The notes beneath the pieces were generated by a model, which did not search any database, was not told where the DNA came from, and worked only from the letters and a program-made list of their open reading frames with translations. DNA of 64,000 bases from the NCBI GenBank assembly GCA_944332815.1, contig CALVKQ010000003.1:2082-66081 (forward strand), written 5' to 3'. Below, in pieces: positions 29,253-40,261 of the stretch. A program made the position numbers and the translations under genes. Position 1 is the stretch's first letter, and the number at the start of each line of letters is the position of its first letter. The stretch is from an uncultured Clostridia bacterium (GTDB lineage: Bacteria > Bacillota > Clostridia > Christensenellales > CAG-917).

Positions 29253-30223
29253 CCTCACGCGCAGACAAGCATCCGTTTGCCGCGCCTTCCGCGGTGTTCG
29301 TCATGGGTCCGACCGCTTCCGGGAAGTCGGAGTTCGCGTTCAGGCTCGCCGAGTCGGTGGGCGGCGCCGTCATTTCCGCGGACAGTATGCAGATATACCG
29401 CGGATTGGATATCGGCACCGCAAAAGAAAGCGCGGAACGCCGCACCGTTGTCCCTCACTACATGATAGACGTCGTAGACCCCGACGAAGAGTTTTCGGTG
29501 GCGGAATATCGCGAGGGCGCGTTTTCGGCAGCGAAGGAAGCCGAAAAGAAAGGTCTGTTGCCCATATTCGTGGGCGGAACGGGGCTGTATTTCGAGAGTT
29601 TGTTCTATCCGTTGAGTTTCGGCGACACGGAAAAGAACGATACTTTGCGGCGCGAATTAAGCGAAGAGGCGGCAAAACGCGGCGCGGAGTTCATGCACGC
29701 AAAACTGGCAGCCCTCGACGCTGCGACCGCTCAAAAATTGCATCCAAACGATAAAAAACGCGTTATCCGCGCGTTGGAAGTGGTCATAAGCAGCGGAAAA
29801 CCTCTTTCCGCCGCTCGGGATCGCAGCGAAGACCCCGATGTCATAGCCGTGATGTTCGACCCGTCCGACCGCAAAAAGCTGTATGAACGCATCGACGCTC
29901 GCACGGATGCCATGTTCCGCGAGGGGCTGCCCGATGAAATCGCCGCGCTTTCCCCCGATTTTTCCTCGCAAAGTATGCAGGCGATAGGCTACAAAGAGTT
30001 TGCGCCTTATGCCGACAGGATAAAGGACGGAAAACTCGAAATGACGGACGCGGAACTTGCCGAAGTGTGCGAACTCATAAAAAAACACACCAGAAACTAC
30101 GCAAAACGTCAACTCACATGGTTCCGTCGCTACGCTTTTGCCGCAAGATTCGACGTCGGCGACTTTGACGGCGCGATGAGCTATGTGATAAAAAGGCTCG
30201 GGGATCCGGCGGAAAAAGTATGA
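29249..30223 (+). CDS. miaA: tRNA dimethylallyltransferase
   Basis: GPTASGKS, SADSMQIYRGLDIGTAK, TRNYAKRQLTW. Confidence 0.97.
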   Translation: MTSRADKHPFAAPSAVFVMGPTASGKSEFAFRLAESVGGAVISADSMQIYRGLDIGTAKESAERRTVVPHYMIDVVDPDEEFSVAEYREGAFSAAKEAEKKGLLPIFVGGTGLYFESLFYPLSFGDTEKNDTLRRELSEEAAKRGAEFMHAKLAALDAATAQKLHPNDKKRVIRALEVVISSGKPLSAARDRSEDPDVIAVMFDPSDRKKLYERIDARTDAMFREGLPDEIAALSPDFSSQSMQAIGYKEFAPYADRIKDGKLEMTDAELAEVCELIKKHTRNYAKRQLTWFRRYAFAARFDVGDFDGAMSYVIKRLGDPAEKV

Positions 30224-30341
30224 ACGACCGCCCTTGTTACGGGCAAATTTCGTAGCCGTATGCAAAACCGACAGAATATCCGAAATGCCGAAAGCATTAT
30301 AAAAAACAGGAAAAACGAGAATACTCGAAAGGAAAACCGAC

Positions 30342-31589
30342 ATGGATAAAGCTGCTGCCGCAAAAATCGTTGAAGAAAGCATCGCCGCATTGAGCGAGGA
30401 ATACGCCGTTTTGGACGATATCGCGCTGTATAATCAGGAAAAAGTCCTGAATGCGTTCAGAAAAAACGCCGTTCAAGCCAGGCATTTCGTCGGAAGCACC
30501 GGTTACGGCTACGACGACGCAGGCAGAGATACGCTTTCGCAGGTCTTTGCGGACGCTCTGGGAGCCGAATCCGCCGTGGTTTCGCCCATGATAACGGCAG
30601 GCACCCAGGCGTTGACGCTCATGTTGTTCGGAGTTTTGCGCCCGGGCGACCTTTTCATCTCCGTTTCCGGCAAGCCTTACGATACGCTTACGGACGTCAT
30701 TTCGGGTGAAAATTGCGGTTCTTTGAAGGAATTCGGCGTGGATTTTGCCGTGATCGGGCTCAAAACCGAGGGGTTGATCCCCGTATTCGATCTTGAAGCC
30801 ATAGAAAAAGCGCTTAAAAGTCGCTTTGCCAAAGCCGTTTTCGTGGGACGCAGCCGCGGATACGAATGGCGCAGCGCGATATCCGTGGCGCAGATCGGAG
30901 AAATGATAGCGTTTGTCAAAAAAATCAGCCCGGATACGCTGGTTTTGGTGGACAATTGCTATGGTGAATTCGTTGAAAAAACCGAGCCCACGGACGTGGG
31001 CGCGGACCTTATCGCGGGCTCGCTCATCAAAAATATCGGCGGCGGCATAGCGCCCACGGGCGGTTATATCGCAGGCAAAAAGCACCTCGTGGAGCTGGTC
31101 GCAAAACGTCTTACCGCGCCTTCTCTCGGCATGGAAGTCGGCTCTTACGACGGCGGTTACGCCAGGTTTTATCAGGGGCTTTTCCTTGCGCCGCAAGTCA
31201 CTAAAAACGCACTGAAAAGTTCGTTTTTGTTTGCAAAAGCCTACGGTTCGCTAGGGTTTGAAACGCTCCCGAAGCCCGGTATGCGCGCCTATGACATCGT
31301 GACCGGCATCCGCATGAACTCCGAGAAACAGCTCACGGGTTTTTGTGAGGCGGTGCAAAGCGTTTCGCCCGTTGACAGCAATGTTGTTCCCGTCCCGTGG
31401 GCGATGCCCGGATATCAGCACGATGTCATAATGGCGGCAGGCGCGTTCGTGCAAGGCTCATCCATCGAACTCAGCGCCGATGCGCCCATCAAAGAGCCGT
31501 ACATAGTTTATGTTCAGGGCGCGTTGACGTTCGAACATGCGTGCATCGCGGTGCGAGAAACCTTGCAAAAAGTGATCGCGGACAATTGA
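30342..31589 (+). CDS. YnbB-like methionine gamma-lyase family (aluminium resistance) PLP protein
   Basis: STGYGYDDAGRD, VDNCYGEFVE, AGSLIKNIGGG, GSSIELSADAP. Confidence 0.92.
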   Translation: MDKAAAAKIVEESIAALSEEYAVLDDIALYNQEKVLNAFRKNAVQARHFVGSTGYGYDDAGRDTLSQVFADALGAESAVVSPMITAGTQALTLMLFGVLRPGDLFISVSGKPYDTLTDVISGENCGSLKEFGVDFAVIGLKTEGLIPVFDLEAIEKALKSRFAKAVFVGRSRGYEWRSAISVAQIGEMIAFVKKISPDTLVLVDNCYGEFVEKTEPTDVGADLIAGSLIKNIGGGIAPTGGYIAGKKHLVELVAKRLTAPSLGMEVGSYDGGYARFYQGLFLAPQVTKNALKSSFLFAKAYGSLGFETLPKPGMRAYDIVTGIRMNSEKQLTGFCEAVQSVSPVDSNVVPVPWAMPGYQHDVIMAAGAFVQGSSIELSADAPIKEPYIVYVQGALTFEHACIAVRETLQKVIADN

Positions 31590-32004
31590 CGGCGGCAGGA
31601 AACACTCATTGTCGGTCAAAATCGACGCGCGAACGATTTACAAGCCGAATGGTGCGGCGCAGGCGAAAATCAGCGGCGCATGACTCAAACCCGTGTTATT
31701 GCGGTCCGTAAAAAACAACGAACCGATCGGTCGGGGAGTCGTAAAAAACAATTAGTTCTTCTGAAAACCGATTTATTATATTTATGTAAAACGGCGGCAA
31801 GACGATCCTCAAAGAACGAAATTTACTCGTCGGCAGCAAACCGAAACCGTAAATTCGCGACTAAAATTCAGTATTCGACGCTTAATATCCGACGGTCACC
31901 GTCGAAATCGCTCGAAACCACCATATAGTCGTCAAGTCTTCAAAGATGCGTTACGGCATTTGAAAAAGCGTCCGGGAAAAGAAAATAAACACTGCGCAGA
32001 GATG

Positions 32005-32225
32005 CAGAACCTCCAAAGCAAATTATTTAGAGCCACCGAAACGGTTTAAGTGTCGCCGGATTTTGGGTCGGACATGAAAATCGCAAAATTAAAACCACCG
32101 AATGAGGTCAAAATCATCAAACTAAAAACCTTCGAGCAATTAATTATATAGAGTCATTAAAGCGGTTTATCAAGTGTCACCGGATAGGGCATTAAAAAAT
32201 GCCGAATGTGGTCAAATCATCAAAA
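32005..32225. repeat. Degenerate two-copy tandem repeat (~100-120 bp) in AT-rich intergenic DNA
   Basis: AATTAT.TAGAG.CA...A.CGGTTTA..AGTGTC.CCGGAT...CCGAATG.GGTCAAA.TCATCAAA occurs at ~32005-32121 and ~32122-32225. Confidence 0.65.
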
Positions 32226-32423
32226 TGAGATCTGATCATTAGTTCTGCAACGTTCTGTCGTTGCGGTAAAAGGCTTTTAACTAAACAAATCATAAAACTT
32301 CGTTTCGCGTCGTTTTAATGTTAACTCTACCGAAAACTAGCATTTTTACCGCTTTCTATTCGCAAAAGCTGTGTTTTGCGAATAGATTAGTAGGCTCTCT
32401 GCCCTCAAATTTTTTGAAAATTT

Positions 32424-32795
32424 TCAAAAATTTTTCGGTTTTTCGAAGTATGTTCTCTGCAAATACATAACGATATTTAGCAACTGTTCCTTCGTTTTTG
32501 ACTTGAAATAAGCGAAGTCGTAATACCGACGAGTATCGTATGCCGCCTCGATGTTTTTCACTTCCTCGTCAAGACGCGCATTCTGCTCCGCGACCATCTT
32601 TTCCTCGTCTACTCTGTTATAATTCAGATTCGCAACAGGCTGCCCGAGTTCCGCAACGGTCATTTTCGGATCTTTGGCGTACAACAAAATCATGATATTA
32701 TGTGGATCGCGGCGCGACGGTGAGGTGATGGCGAGGCGGTGGATACGGTTTATATATGCGGTGGCGATGACAAAGAGCATTCCCTGCCGGCGCAT
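32424..32795 (-). CDS. Small hypothetical protein (start uncertain, possibly ~32693)
   Basis: Protein-like C-terminal ~90 aa; divergent from the XRE gene; no family recognised. Confidence 0.5.
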   Translation of the reverse strand: MRRQGMLFVIATAYINRIHRLAITSPSRRDPHNIMILLYAKDPKMTVAELGQPVANLNYNRVDEEKMVAEQNARLDEEVKNIEAAYDTRRYYDFAYFKSKTKEQLLNIVMYLQRTYFEKPKNF

Positions 32796-32902
32796 ATGAT
32801 GGTATCGCGGCGCACGTGTGAACTGCCCTATAAACTTTTGTTAGGCTTTTTATTCGGGACAGCGGCTTTACAATGTCCGTCCGTCGCGATATAATATAAA
32901 TA

Positions 32903-33124
32903 ATGGGTTTAGGAAGCAGAATAAAGGAGCTCCGCATCATGAGCGCTCTCACCCAAGCGGAGCTTGCCGAAAAAGTGGGAGTCGATCCGAGCGCGGTTTC
33001 GCTGTGGGAGAATGACGTGAATGAGCCAAAGGCAAGCTATATTGTGCGCATGGCTCTCATTTTCGATGTGTCCGCGGACTATCTGCTCGGCATTGAGGAC
33101 GAAGCCGGCGGCAAATACGAATGA
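32903..33124 (+). CDS. XRE/Cro-family HTH transcriptional regulator
   Basis: RIKELR...LTQAELAEKVGV..SAVSLWE...P......A.IFDVSADYLLG. Confidence 0.9.
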   Translation: MGLGSRIKELRIMSALTQAELAEKVGVDPSAVSLWENDVNEPKASYIVRMALIFDVSADYLLGIEDEAGGKYE

Positions 33125-33174
33125 CGCGGTCACGCGATCATATCAGCCGACTGCTCTTTGTTTGCCCGAACACG

Positions 33175-33210
33175 CAAAAAAGCCACGCATCGCGCGTGGC
33201 GGTTTTATTT
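33175..33210. terminator. Bidirectional intrinsic terminator between converging genes
   Basis: AAAAAA-GCCACGC-ATCGC-GCGTGGC-GGTTTTATTT. Confidence 0.65.
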
Positions 33211-33229
33211 GTAAGGTTTGTTTGCCGCT

Positions 33230-34114
33230 TTATTTGCCGTTTGCACGGAGCCATATATCGCGCATTTCGGCGGAGTCCTCCGCTTGGGTGCCTGCGGATT
33301 CCGAAAGTATGTGAGGCGTCAACCCGTACTTGACGATGACCTCCGCAAAAGGCTCGAAATCGGGTCCGTAGATATCGTCTGCGAAGGTAAGATGCCTTAT
33401 CTCCCCTTTCGCGCCGTACTGTATTTTCGAGAAGTGGACGTGCATATTTCGCGTCTTTTGTTCCCCCAGCCCGTCAAAAAGTTTTTTGACGATGACCTCA
33501 AAATCCTCGGCGCGTTTGAGCGTTCCGCCGTAAAGGGCGTTGACGTGACCGAAGTCCACGCACGGATAAACGTTTTCGCCGAGGCGGCAGAGCTCGATGA
33601 CCTCTTCCACCGTGCCTATCTGCGCCTGTTTGCCCATGGTTTCGGGGCAAACGATAAGGTCCTTATACTCCGGCTCTTCCCCGATAAGGTCGAGCGCGTG
33701 AGCGAACGCCTCTTTTGTGCGGGCGAATGCGACATCGCGCGATTCTTTCCCCTGCGCACCCGGGTGGAAAACGCAGCGTTCGCCGCCGAAACAACGGAGG
33801 ATCTTCAAAGACGAAAGCAAGTACCCCACGGAATTTGCCGCTTTTTCGGGTTCTGGAGATGCAAAATTGATGAAATAAGGCGCGTGAACGCTCATTTCGA
33901 TGCCGAACTCGTCGCATTTTGCGCCTATCGCACGCGCGGTTTCGGAGGAAACGCGCACTCCTCTCCCGAAGGAATATTCAAAGATGTCCAGACCGCGTGC
34001 GGCGATCCATTCGGGCATATCCGCCGTCGATGTGTGCCCTTCCGCGGCGTAACTCTCCGCGTGTCCCGACGGCCCGAAGAGAGGACGCAGCCCCGAAAAT
34101 CTGTTAAGACTCAT
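33230..34114 (-). CDS. Endonuclease IV-like (AP endonuclease family 2) TIM-barrel protein
   Basis: HAPYFINF, VFHPG, PETMGK..QIGT, DFGH, HVHFS.I, HL, SES. Confidence 0.85.
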   Translation of the reverse strand: MSLNRFSGLRPLFGPSGHAESYAAEGHTSTADMPEWIAARGLDIFEYSFGRGVRVSSETARAIGAKCDEFGIEMSVHAPYFINFASPEPEKAANSVGYLLSSLKILRCFGGERCVFHPGAQGKESRDVAFARTKEAFAHALDLIGEEPEYKDLIVCPETMGKQAQIGTVEEVIELCRLGENVYPCVDFGHVNALYGGTLKRAEDFEVIVKKLFDGLGEQKTRNMHVHFSKIQYGAKGEIRHLTFADDIYGPDFEPFAEVIVKYGLTPHILSESAGTQAEDSAEMRDIWLRANGK

Positions 34115-35024
34115 AAGTTTTCTCCGCAAAAAGTTTTCTTATGCTCGCGACATCCCCGTCCAGTTGCCTTGCAAGCGCGTCTGCGGACGGGAATTTTTTT
34201 ATGTCGCGCAGTTTGTCGTAGAAAGCCAGTTTTATCTCCTTACCGTAAATATCCCCGTCAAAGTCGATGATGAATGTTTCCACGGAAGTGATGTCATCCC
34301 CGAATGTGGGTTTTGCGCCGACATTCGTGCCGCCCGGGTAAACCTTGCCGTCCACGGACACGCTTGTCGCGTACACTCCGCACGCAGGCAGCAGACGGCT
34401 GCCGTCGGGGAGGATGTTCGCGGTCGGGTAACCGAAAGTGCTCCCCCTGCCGTGCGCGTGGGAAACTCTGCCGAGCATGAAATACGGCTGAGTGAGAAGT
34501 TCGTTCGCGAGAAGGATATCCCCTGCGGCAAGCGCGGTCTTTACGTCGGTGGAAGATATCTTTTTGCCGTCCGCTTGAAGCAGAGGCAGGATGTCTACGG
34601 GGATGCCCTCTTTCGCCATACGGCGTTTCAGGCTGTCCGCCCTTCCTGCCGCACGCGCTCCGTAAGAGTAATCCTCCCCTGCCGCCACCCCTACTATGTT
34701 CAGTGTGGAAAGCAGTTTGAAAAGGAAATCATCCGCTCCGAGCGCGGCAAACTCATCTTCGAATTCCGCAGCGACGACGTGTTCCACTCCCAGCGCTTCC
34801 AGCGCGGCGAGCCGCTCCTCGAATGTGTATATGCGCTTTTGTTTGCTGAGGTATGTACCGGGGTCGTTGGAAAAGGTGAAGACAGCGCATTCCGCACCGC
34901 ACTTCTCCGCTCTTTGGGCAGCGGCGGATATCACGGCGGCATGCCCCTTGTGTACGCAGTCGAAAAACCCCAACGCCAACGCGACGGGTGTGTCGTATTT
35001 TTCTCCGAAACGTACAACTTTCAT
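34104..35024 (-). CDS. ribF: Riboflavin kinase / FAD synthetase
   Basis: LGFFDCVHKGH, KISST, GYPTAN, NVGAKPTF, LRDIKKF. Confidence 0.95.
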   Translation of the reverse strand: MKVVRFGEKYDTPVALALGFFDCVHKGHAAVISAAAQRAEKCGAECAVFTFSNDPGTYLSKQKRIYTFEERLAALEALGVEHVVAAEFEDEFAALGADDFLFKLLSTLNIVGVAAGEDYSYGARAAGRADSLKRRMAKEGIPVDILPLLQADGKKISSTDVKTALAAGDILLANELLTQPYFMLGRVSHAHGRGSTFGYPTANILPDGSRLLPACGVYATSVSVDGKVYPGGTNVGAKPTFGDDITSVETFIIDFDGDIYGKEIKLAFYDKLRDIKKFPSADALARQLDGDVASIRKLFAEKTYES

Positions 35025-35911
35025 AGCCTTACCTTTAATTTCAATCCGTTTTCCGACACCGAACCTATGCCGAGGAGGGTGCCGTTTTGGGTATAAACCG
35101 CAGCGCTCGCGCACTCTATGTCCGTTTTCACGGGCACGCCGTTAAGGATGCGTTTGGCGTCCGCGTCGTCCAGAATGACTTTCGGCTTATCGGAGATGCC
35201 GAACTCCACGGGCAACAAATATTTTTCGGGATTGTCGCGGAACTCTCCTATCGTGACGGAATCTTCCACAAGGAAGGGTCCGGACGCTACGCGCGTAAGC
35301 CGGCTCATATAGGCGCAGGTGCCGAGAGCTGCGGCGATATCCCGTGCCAGCGCGCGGATGTAGGTCCCTCCGCCGCACGCTATGTCGAAAGCGAAAGTGC
35401 CGCCTTCCTCTTCTTTGATGAGAGATATAGAATGCACGGTAACTTTTCGCGCAGGCAGTTCGAGCGCTACTCCGCTGCGAGCGTAAGCGTACGCGCGCTT
35501 TCCGTCCACGGATTTTGCCGAATAAGCAGGCGGCACCTGCATGATGTCCCCGATAAACTTCGGAAGGACGGCTTTTATCTCCTCTGCGGTCGGGATCCTG
35601 CCTCCGCTTTCGGTGGTTTTTCCTCCTCTGTCCAGCGTGTCGGTGGAGGTGCCGAAAGTGAAGCGCGCGATATAGCGTTTTGTTTTGAACGCGAGCAGGT
35701 CGAAGAGAGCCGTCGCTTTTCCGAGAGCGATGGGCAGCACTCCGCACGCAAGCGGATCGAGAGTGCCCAGATGTCCCGTCTTCTGTCTGCCGCCTATAAG
35801 GCGTGATAAAACGCCGCGCACTATGCACACGGCGTCCGAAGAGGTCATGTCGCAGGGTTTGAAGATATTCACGAACCCCGTCAAAGAGTCGGGTGAAGAG
35901 CCGCGCGCCAT
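35021..35911 (-). CDS. truB: tRNA pseudouridine(55) synthase
   Basis: GHLGTLDPLACGVL, QVPPAYSA, GTYIRALARD. Confidence 0.96.
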   Translation of the reverse strand: MARGSSPDSLTGFVNIFKPCDMTSSDAVCIVRGVLSRLIGGRQKTGHLGTLDPLACGVLPIALGKATALFDLLAFKTKRYIARFTFGTSTDTLDRGGKTTESGGRIPTAEEIKAVLPKFIGDIMQVPPAYSAKSVDGKRAYAYARSGVALELPARKVTVHSISLIKEEEGGTFAFDIACGGGTYIRALARDIAAALGTCAYMSRLTRVASGPFLVEDSVTIGEFRDNPEKYLLPVEFGISDKPKVILDDADAKRILNGVPVKTDIECASAAVYTQNGTLLGIGSVSENGLKLKVRL

Positions 35912-35912
35912 A

Positions 35913-36866
35913 TCAGAGCCTGTCCCGTGCGGCTTTGAGGAGTTTGTCTTTCACGTCCTCGTAAAAGCCGTTCATCCTGCAACCTGCCGCTTTGGAGTGA
36001 CCGCCTCCGCCGAAGACGGCGGCGATATCGCTTGCGTCGGCGTGATCTTTGGTGCGCACGCTTACCTTGAAATTCTTATCCCCCACTTCGGATATCGCAA
36101 ACGCTACTTCCACGCCGTCGATGTCTATCGCGGAAGCGATGATGCCTTCGGTGTCGGAGGGACGGGTGCCCGTGGCTTCGAAGTCCTCCTTCGTAAAGGT
36201 GACGACTGCGATCTTTCCTTCGTCGAACAGACGGCATTTGGAAAGCACGCGCATTTTGAGCGTGAAAACCTCGGGGGTCAGACGTCTGTGCACGCGGTAC
36301 ACGATGTCAGCAGCGTCAATGCCCTTTTCGATGAGTTTTGCCGCGATCTCGTGAGTGCGCGAGGTGGTGGAAGGATATTGAAAACATCCCGAATCCGCAA
36401 CGATGCCGGCAAACAGCAATGCGGCTGTGCCTTTGTCCACCGCGCCCATGCCGTCCAGCAACAGATAAATTATCTCCGCGCAAGCCGCCGAATCCGCCTC
36501 CGTATAGTCCGTCTGCGCAAAATTGACGTGGGAGAGATGATGATCGACGGAAGCGCGTTTTTTTGCGGAAAGAAAACTTTTGGACGCGCCGCCCAGCCTG
36601 TCCGGTCCGCTGCAATCCACGGCGAGCGCCATCTCGTGCACGCGCTTGTCCGGGCGAATAAATTTGTCCGCGCCCTCCATGAAGAGGTATTTTTCCGGGA
36701 CAGCGTCTTCGCAGACGGGAGTGACCGTCTTGCCCTGCGCCCCGAGCGCGCGGCATACGGAAAGCGCGCAGGCTATCGTGTCGCCGTCGGGATTGGAATG
36801 ACAATACACGGCGATATCGCTCGCAGCTTTCAGCATATCCGCTATCTTTTGCAGTCTTTCTTTCAT
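35913..36866 (-). CDS. nrnA: DHH-family phosphoesterase (NrnA type)
   Basis: HSNPDGD, VDHH, DSGCF, GGGGH. Confidence 0.9.
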   Translation of the reverse strand: MKERLQKIADMLKAASDIAVYCHSNPDGDTIACALSVCRALGAQGKTVTPVCEDAVPEKYLFMEGADKFIRPDKRVHEMALAVDCSGPDRLGGASKSFLSAKKRASVDHHLSHVNFAQTDYTEADSAACAEIIYLLLDGMGAVDKGTAALLFAGIVADSGCFQYPSTTSRTHEIAAKLIEKGIDAADIVYRVHRRLTPEVFTLKMRVLSKCRLFDEGKIAVVTFTKEDFEATGTRPSDTEGIIASAIDIDGVEVAFAISEVGDKNFKVSVRTKDHADASDIAAVFGGGGHSKAAGCRMNGFYEDVKDKLLKAARDRL

Positions 36867-37234
36867 TTGTCCTCTTCGGGCAGGGGCGGTATGTCTATGG
36901 TCCGCAGGATGCCGTCTATCTTCATGCCGTAGTCCACGCTGGTGTCGAGCTTGAAATCGAGGTCAGGCAACAGCCTTATCTGGACGAGTTCTTTCAGTCT
37001 GTTACGGATGAAGTTTTTGGAGCGTCGCGCAGTTTCCAGCGCAGCGAGCCGCTCCTCTTCCGTCTTTGCGTAGACGGAGAGATACACCTTGGCGAATTTG
37101 AGATCGGGCGTCGTGGACACTTTGGTGACGCTGACTATGCCCGACCCCAGCCTCGGATCTTTGAGGTCGTGCGCGATGACCGCCGCTATCTGCTTTTGCA
37201 GTTCGGAGTTGACGCGCTCTATCCTAATCTTCAT
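36863..37234 (-). CDS. rbfA: Ribosome-binding factor A
   Basis: LKDPRL...VTKV..TPDLKFAKVY...PDLDFKLD.S. Confidence 0.96.
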   Translation of the reverse strand: MKIRIERVNSELQKQIAAVIAHDLKDPRLGSGIVSVTKVSTTPDLKFAKVYLSVYAKTEEERLAALETARRSKNFIRNRLKELVQIRLLPDLDFKLDTSVDYGMKIDGILRTIDIPPLPEEDK

Positions 37235-39977
37235 TGATCTGCTCCATTACGAAGGCTTCTATGACGTCGCCGACTTTGATGTCCTGATAGTTGAGGAGCA
37301 TTATGCCGCAGTCGAAGTTCTTCGCCATCTCCTTGACGTCGTCCTTGCCGTGACGCAGGGACGCGATCTCGCTGTTGGCTTCCACCGCGCCGTTACGCAG
37401 CAGTCTTGCCTTTGCGCCGCGGACGATCTTGCCCTCCGTGACATGGCAGCCTGCAATGATGCCGACGCCCGTGATCTTGAACAGTTCTCTGACTTCCGCG
37501 CTGCCGAGGACGTTCTCGCGGAACTTGGGCTCCAAAAGACCTTTGACCGCCTTTTCGATGTCCTCGATGGCATTATAGATGATGTCGTAGAAGCGGATGT
37601 CGATGTGCTTCTGCGCCGCGAGCGCTTTGGCATTCGCGTCGGGGCGCACGTTGAAGCCGATGATGATGGCTTTTGCCGTATCGGCAAGGGTGACGTCGCT
37701 CTCTTTGATAGCGCCCACCGCGCCGTGGATGATGTCGATGTCCACTTCCTCGTTGCCGAGTTTGGAAAGCGACTGCTTGACCGCTTCCAACGAACCCTGA
37801 ACGTCCGCTTTGATGATGAGCTTGACGGATTTGAGTTCCCCTTTCTTGATCTTGTCGAAGAGGTCGTTGAGGGACACGGATCCCGTTTCCTCCGCACCTG
37901 CGGCAAGTTTCAGGCGGCGTTCCTCCGCAAGTTCTCTTGCGAACTTCTCGTCGGCAACGACGTCGATGATGTCGCCGGCTTCCGGCACTTCGTCCCAACC
38001 CGTGACTGACACGGGGGTGGAGGGACCTGCCTTTTTGACCTTTCTGCCCTTGTCGTCCACCATGGCTCTTATCTTGCCGGTGGATGTGCCTGCGACCACG
38101 TTGTCGCCGATGTGCAGAGTGCCCGTTTGAACAAGTATGGTCGCCACTTTGCCCACGCCTTTGTCCAGACGCGCTTCGATGATGGTGCCGCGTGCCGGAC
38201 GGTCGGGATTGGCTTTGAGTTCGCGGATCTCCGCCATGATAAGGATGTTTTCCAGCAGGCTCTCAACGCCTTCGCCCGTCTTTGCGGACACGCGGACGAC
38301 GGGAGTTTCACCGCCCCATTCTTCGGGCAGGAGGTCGTAGTTCGTGAGCTGCTGCAACACCTGATCGGGGTTCGCGCCGGGTTTGTCGATCTTGTTTATG
38401 GCGACTATGATGGGCACTTCCGCCTGACGCGCGTGGTTGATTGCCTCGACGGTCTGCGGCATGATGCCGTCGTCCGCCGCCACCACCAGCACCGCGACGT
38501 CCGTGACCTGCGCGCCTCTCGCACGCATGGACGTGAACGCTTCGTGACCGGGCGTGTCCAGGAATGTGATGGGCGCGCCTTTCAGCGACACCGTATATGC
38601 GCCGATGTGCTGGGTTATGCCGCCTGCTTCCCCTCCTGCGACGTTGGCTTTGCGGATATAGTCCAAAAGCGAGGTCTTGCCGTGGTCGACGTGTCCCATG
38701 ATGGTGACCACGGGAGGACGGGGTTTGAGCTTGTCCGTATCCTCGTCGTCGATGATGAGTTTTGCGGACAGAGTTTCTTCAAGGGTGACCTCGGGTTTGA
38801 GTTCGAGGGTGATGGGACGGTTTTTGGTTATCTCGCTGACCACGAGTTCCGCAGTGGCAAAATCCACGCTTTCGTTGATGGTCTTGATGATGCCCAGCAT
38901 GAACAGCGTTTTGATGAGTTCTGCCACGGGGATGCCCGTCTTTTCGCTCAAAACCTTGATGGGGACGGGATCGGTGGTGATGACGGCGTGTTCCACGTAA
39001 GAGGACTGTCCGCCGCCGGAGGCTTTGGATTTGCTCTTGAACACGCGCACCCTCGGATCTTCGTCGTCCATGACCATCTTGCTGTCGTCCACGATGTAGC
39101 CTTTCTTCATGAGCGCGCGCTTATTCATGCTGCCGCGGTCGTCAAAACGCTGACCGCCGGCAGGCTTGTTCGCGCTCTTGTTCTTCTGGGTGGAAGGCTT
39201 GCCCGTGGGCATAGCGGCTGCTTTTTGAAGATTTGCCGCCATATTGTCGCGGCGCAGTCCGCCGCCCTGGAAAGCCGGACGCGCGCCCTGCTGGGGTCTG
39301 TCCCCTTGCGGACGCGGAGATCTGCCTCCGGTGTAGCCGCCGTCGAACACCCTCGTCTTGATGTTGCTCTTAGGCGTGGGGGCTGGCGGCACGTATATCT
39401 TTCTCACCTCTCCGTTGGGGAGTATCTCCTGCTTGACGGAAGGATTGGAGGTGGGGATTATCTTTCTCTCCTGCTTGGGTGCGGAGGTCTTTTCCTCCGG
39501 CTTTTCCTCTTTTTCGACTTCGGGAGCCTTGGCGTCGGGGACGGGAGTTTCCGCCTGCTCGACGGGCGCGGCGGTTTCCTCCGCCTTATCGCTCTCGGAG
39601 CTCTCCGAAGGCGCGGTCTGCTCCGCCTCTTCCGGGACGGGGGCGGCGGCTTCCGCCTTTTCTTCACCTGCGACGGATCCTTCCGACGCGCCGACAGTCC
39701 TTTCTTCCGCGACGGTTTCCTCCGCCTCTTCGGGGACGGTTTCCTTTTCTTTCTCCGCCTCTTTTTCCGCGATCTCGGCGCGCTTCTCCTCTTCCGCCCT
39801 CCTCGCTTCCTCTTCCGCGAACAGGATATCGCGGCGGCTGCGCACAGCCGTCATAAGAGCGAGGGCTTTGGCTTTCTGCGCCGCGACGGCAGCGCGAAGC
39901 TCGGCAAGTTTGCCCGTTTTGTAGGGGGCGAGCTGCCTTACGGAGTCTTGTGTGGTTTCCTTTTTGATTTCACTCAT
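37224..39977 (-). CDS. infB: Translation initiation factor IF-2
   Basis: [38 protein letters not shown]; ATG 39977 follows GAGGT. Confidence 0.97.
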   Translation of the reverse strand: MSEIKKETTQDSVRQLAPYKTGKLAELRAAVAAQKAKALALMTAVRSRRDILFAEEEARRAEEEKRAEIAEKEAEKEKETVPEEAEETVAEERTVGASEGSVAGEEKAEAAAPVPEEAEQTAPSESSESDKAEETAAPVEQAETPVPDAKAPEVEKEEKPEEKTSAPKQERKIIPTSNPSVKQEILPNGEVRKIYVPPAPTPKSNIKTRVFDGGYTGGRSPRPQGDRPQQGARPAFQGGGLRRDNMAANLQKAAAMPTGKPSTQKNKSANKPAGGQRFDDRGSMNKRALMKKGYIVDDSKMVMDDEDPRVRVFKSKSKASGGGQSSYVEHAVITTDPVPIKVLSEKTGIPVAELIKTLFMLGIIKTINESVDFATAELVVSEITKNRPITLELKPEVTLEETLSAKLIIDDEDTDKLKPRPPVVTIMGHVDHGKTSLLDYIRKANVAGGEAGGITQHIGAYTVSLKGAPITFLDTPGHEAFTSMRARGAQVTDVAVLVVAADDGIMPQTVEAINHARQAEVPIIVAINKIDKPGANPDQVLQQLTNYDLLPEEWGGETPVVRVSAKTGEGVESLLENILIMAEIRELKANPDRPARGTIIEARLDKGVGKVATILVQTGTLHIGDNVVAGTSTGKIRAMVDDKGRKVKKAGPSTPVSVTGWDEVPEAGDIIDVVADEKFARELAEERRLKLAAGAEETGSVSLNDLFDKIKKGELKSVKLIIKADVQGSLEAVKQSLSKLGNEEVDIDIIHGAVGAIKESDVTLADTAKAIIIGFNVRPDANAKALAAQKHIDIRFYDIIYNAIEDIEKAVKGLLEPKFRENVLGSAEVRELFKITGVGIIAGCHVTEGKIVRGAKARLLRNGAVEANSEIASLRHGKDDVKEMAKNFDCGIMLLNYQDIKVGDVIEAFVMEQINED

Positions 39978-39979
39978 AG

Positions 39980-40261
39980 CTACCTCATGAGGTCGATTAT
40001 CGCCGCCGCGAGAGAAGGATCCGTGACGGCTATGGCTTTTACGTTTTCGCGATGCGTGGCGAGGGGGAGCTGCTCCACCTCGGCGCACGGCGTGTTTTTG
40101 CAATTTGCAGCGAGCTTGCTTTTGAACTTTTCAGGCGCGGCGGAATCCATCAGCACGACGAGAGGACGCGCCCCTCTTTCCGTGATCCTTTCCGCGCCGT
40201 ACAGCACGGAACCTTTCCTTTGTGCGAAGCCCACATACGGTGCGATCTCAGACGCGTGCAT
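39980..40261 (-). CDS. L7Ae-family RNA-binding protein (YlxQ-like)
   Basis: GFAQRKG.V.YG motif; position between ylxR and infB. Confidence 0.75.
   Translation of the reverse strand: MHASEIAPYVGFAQRKGSVLYGAERITERGARPLVVLMDSAAPEKFKSKLAANCKNTPCAEVEQLPLATHRENVKAIAVTDPSLAAAIIDLMR

Noticed and set aside
31765-32326. dif-like half sites (TTATGTAAAAC ~31782; TAATGTTAACT ~32316)
   Set aside because: Only a XerD-arm-like half matches and there is no acceptable left arm, so no dif site can be called.
39300-39977. Low-complexity E/A/P-rich N-terminus of IF-2 (and the S2 C-terminal tail)
   Set aside because: Variable disordered extensions are normal for these proteins.
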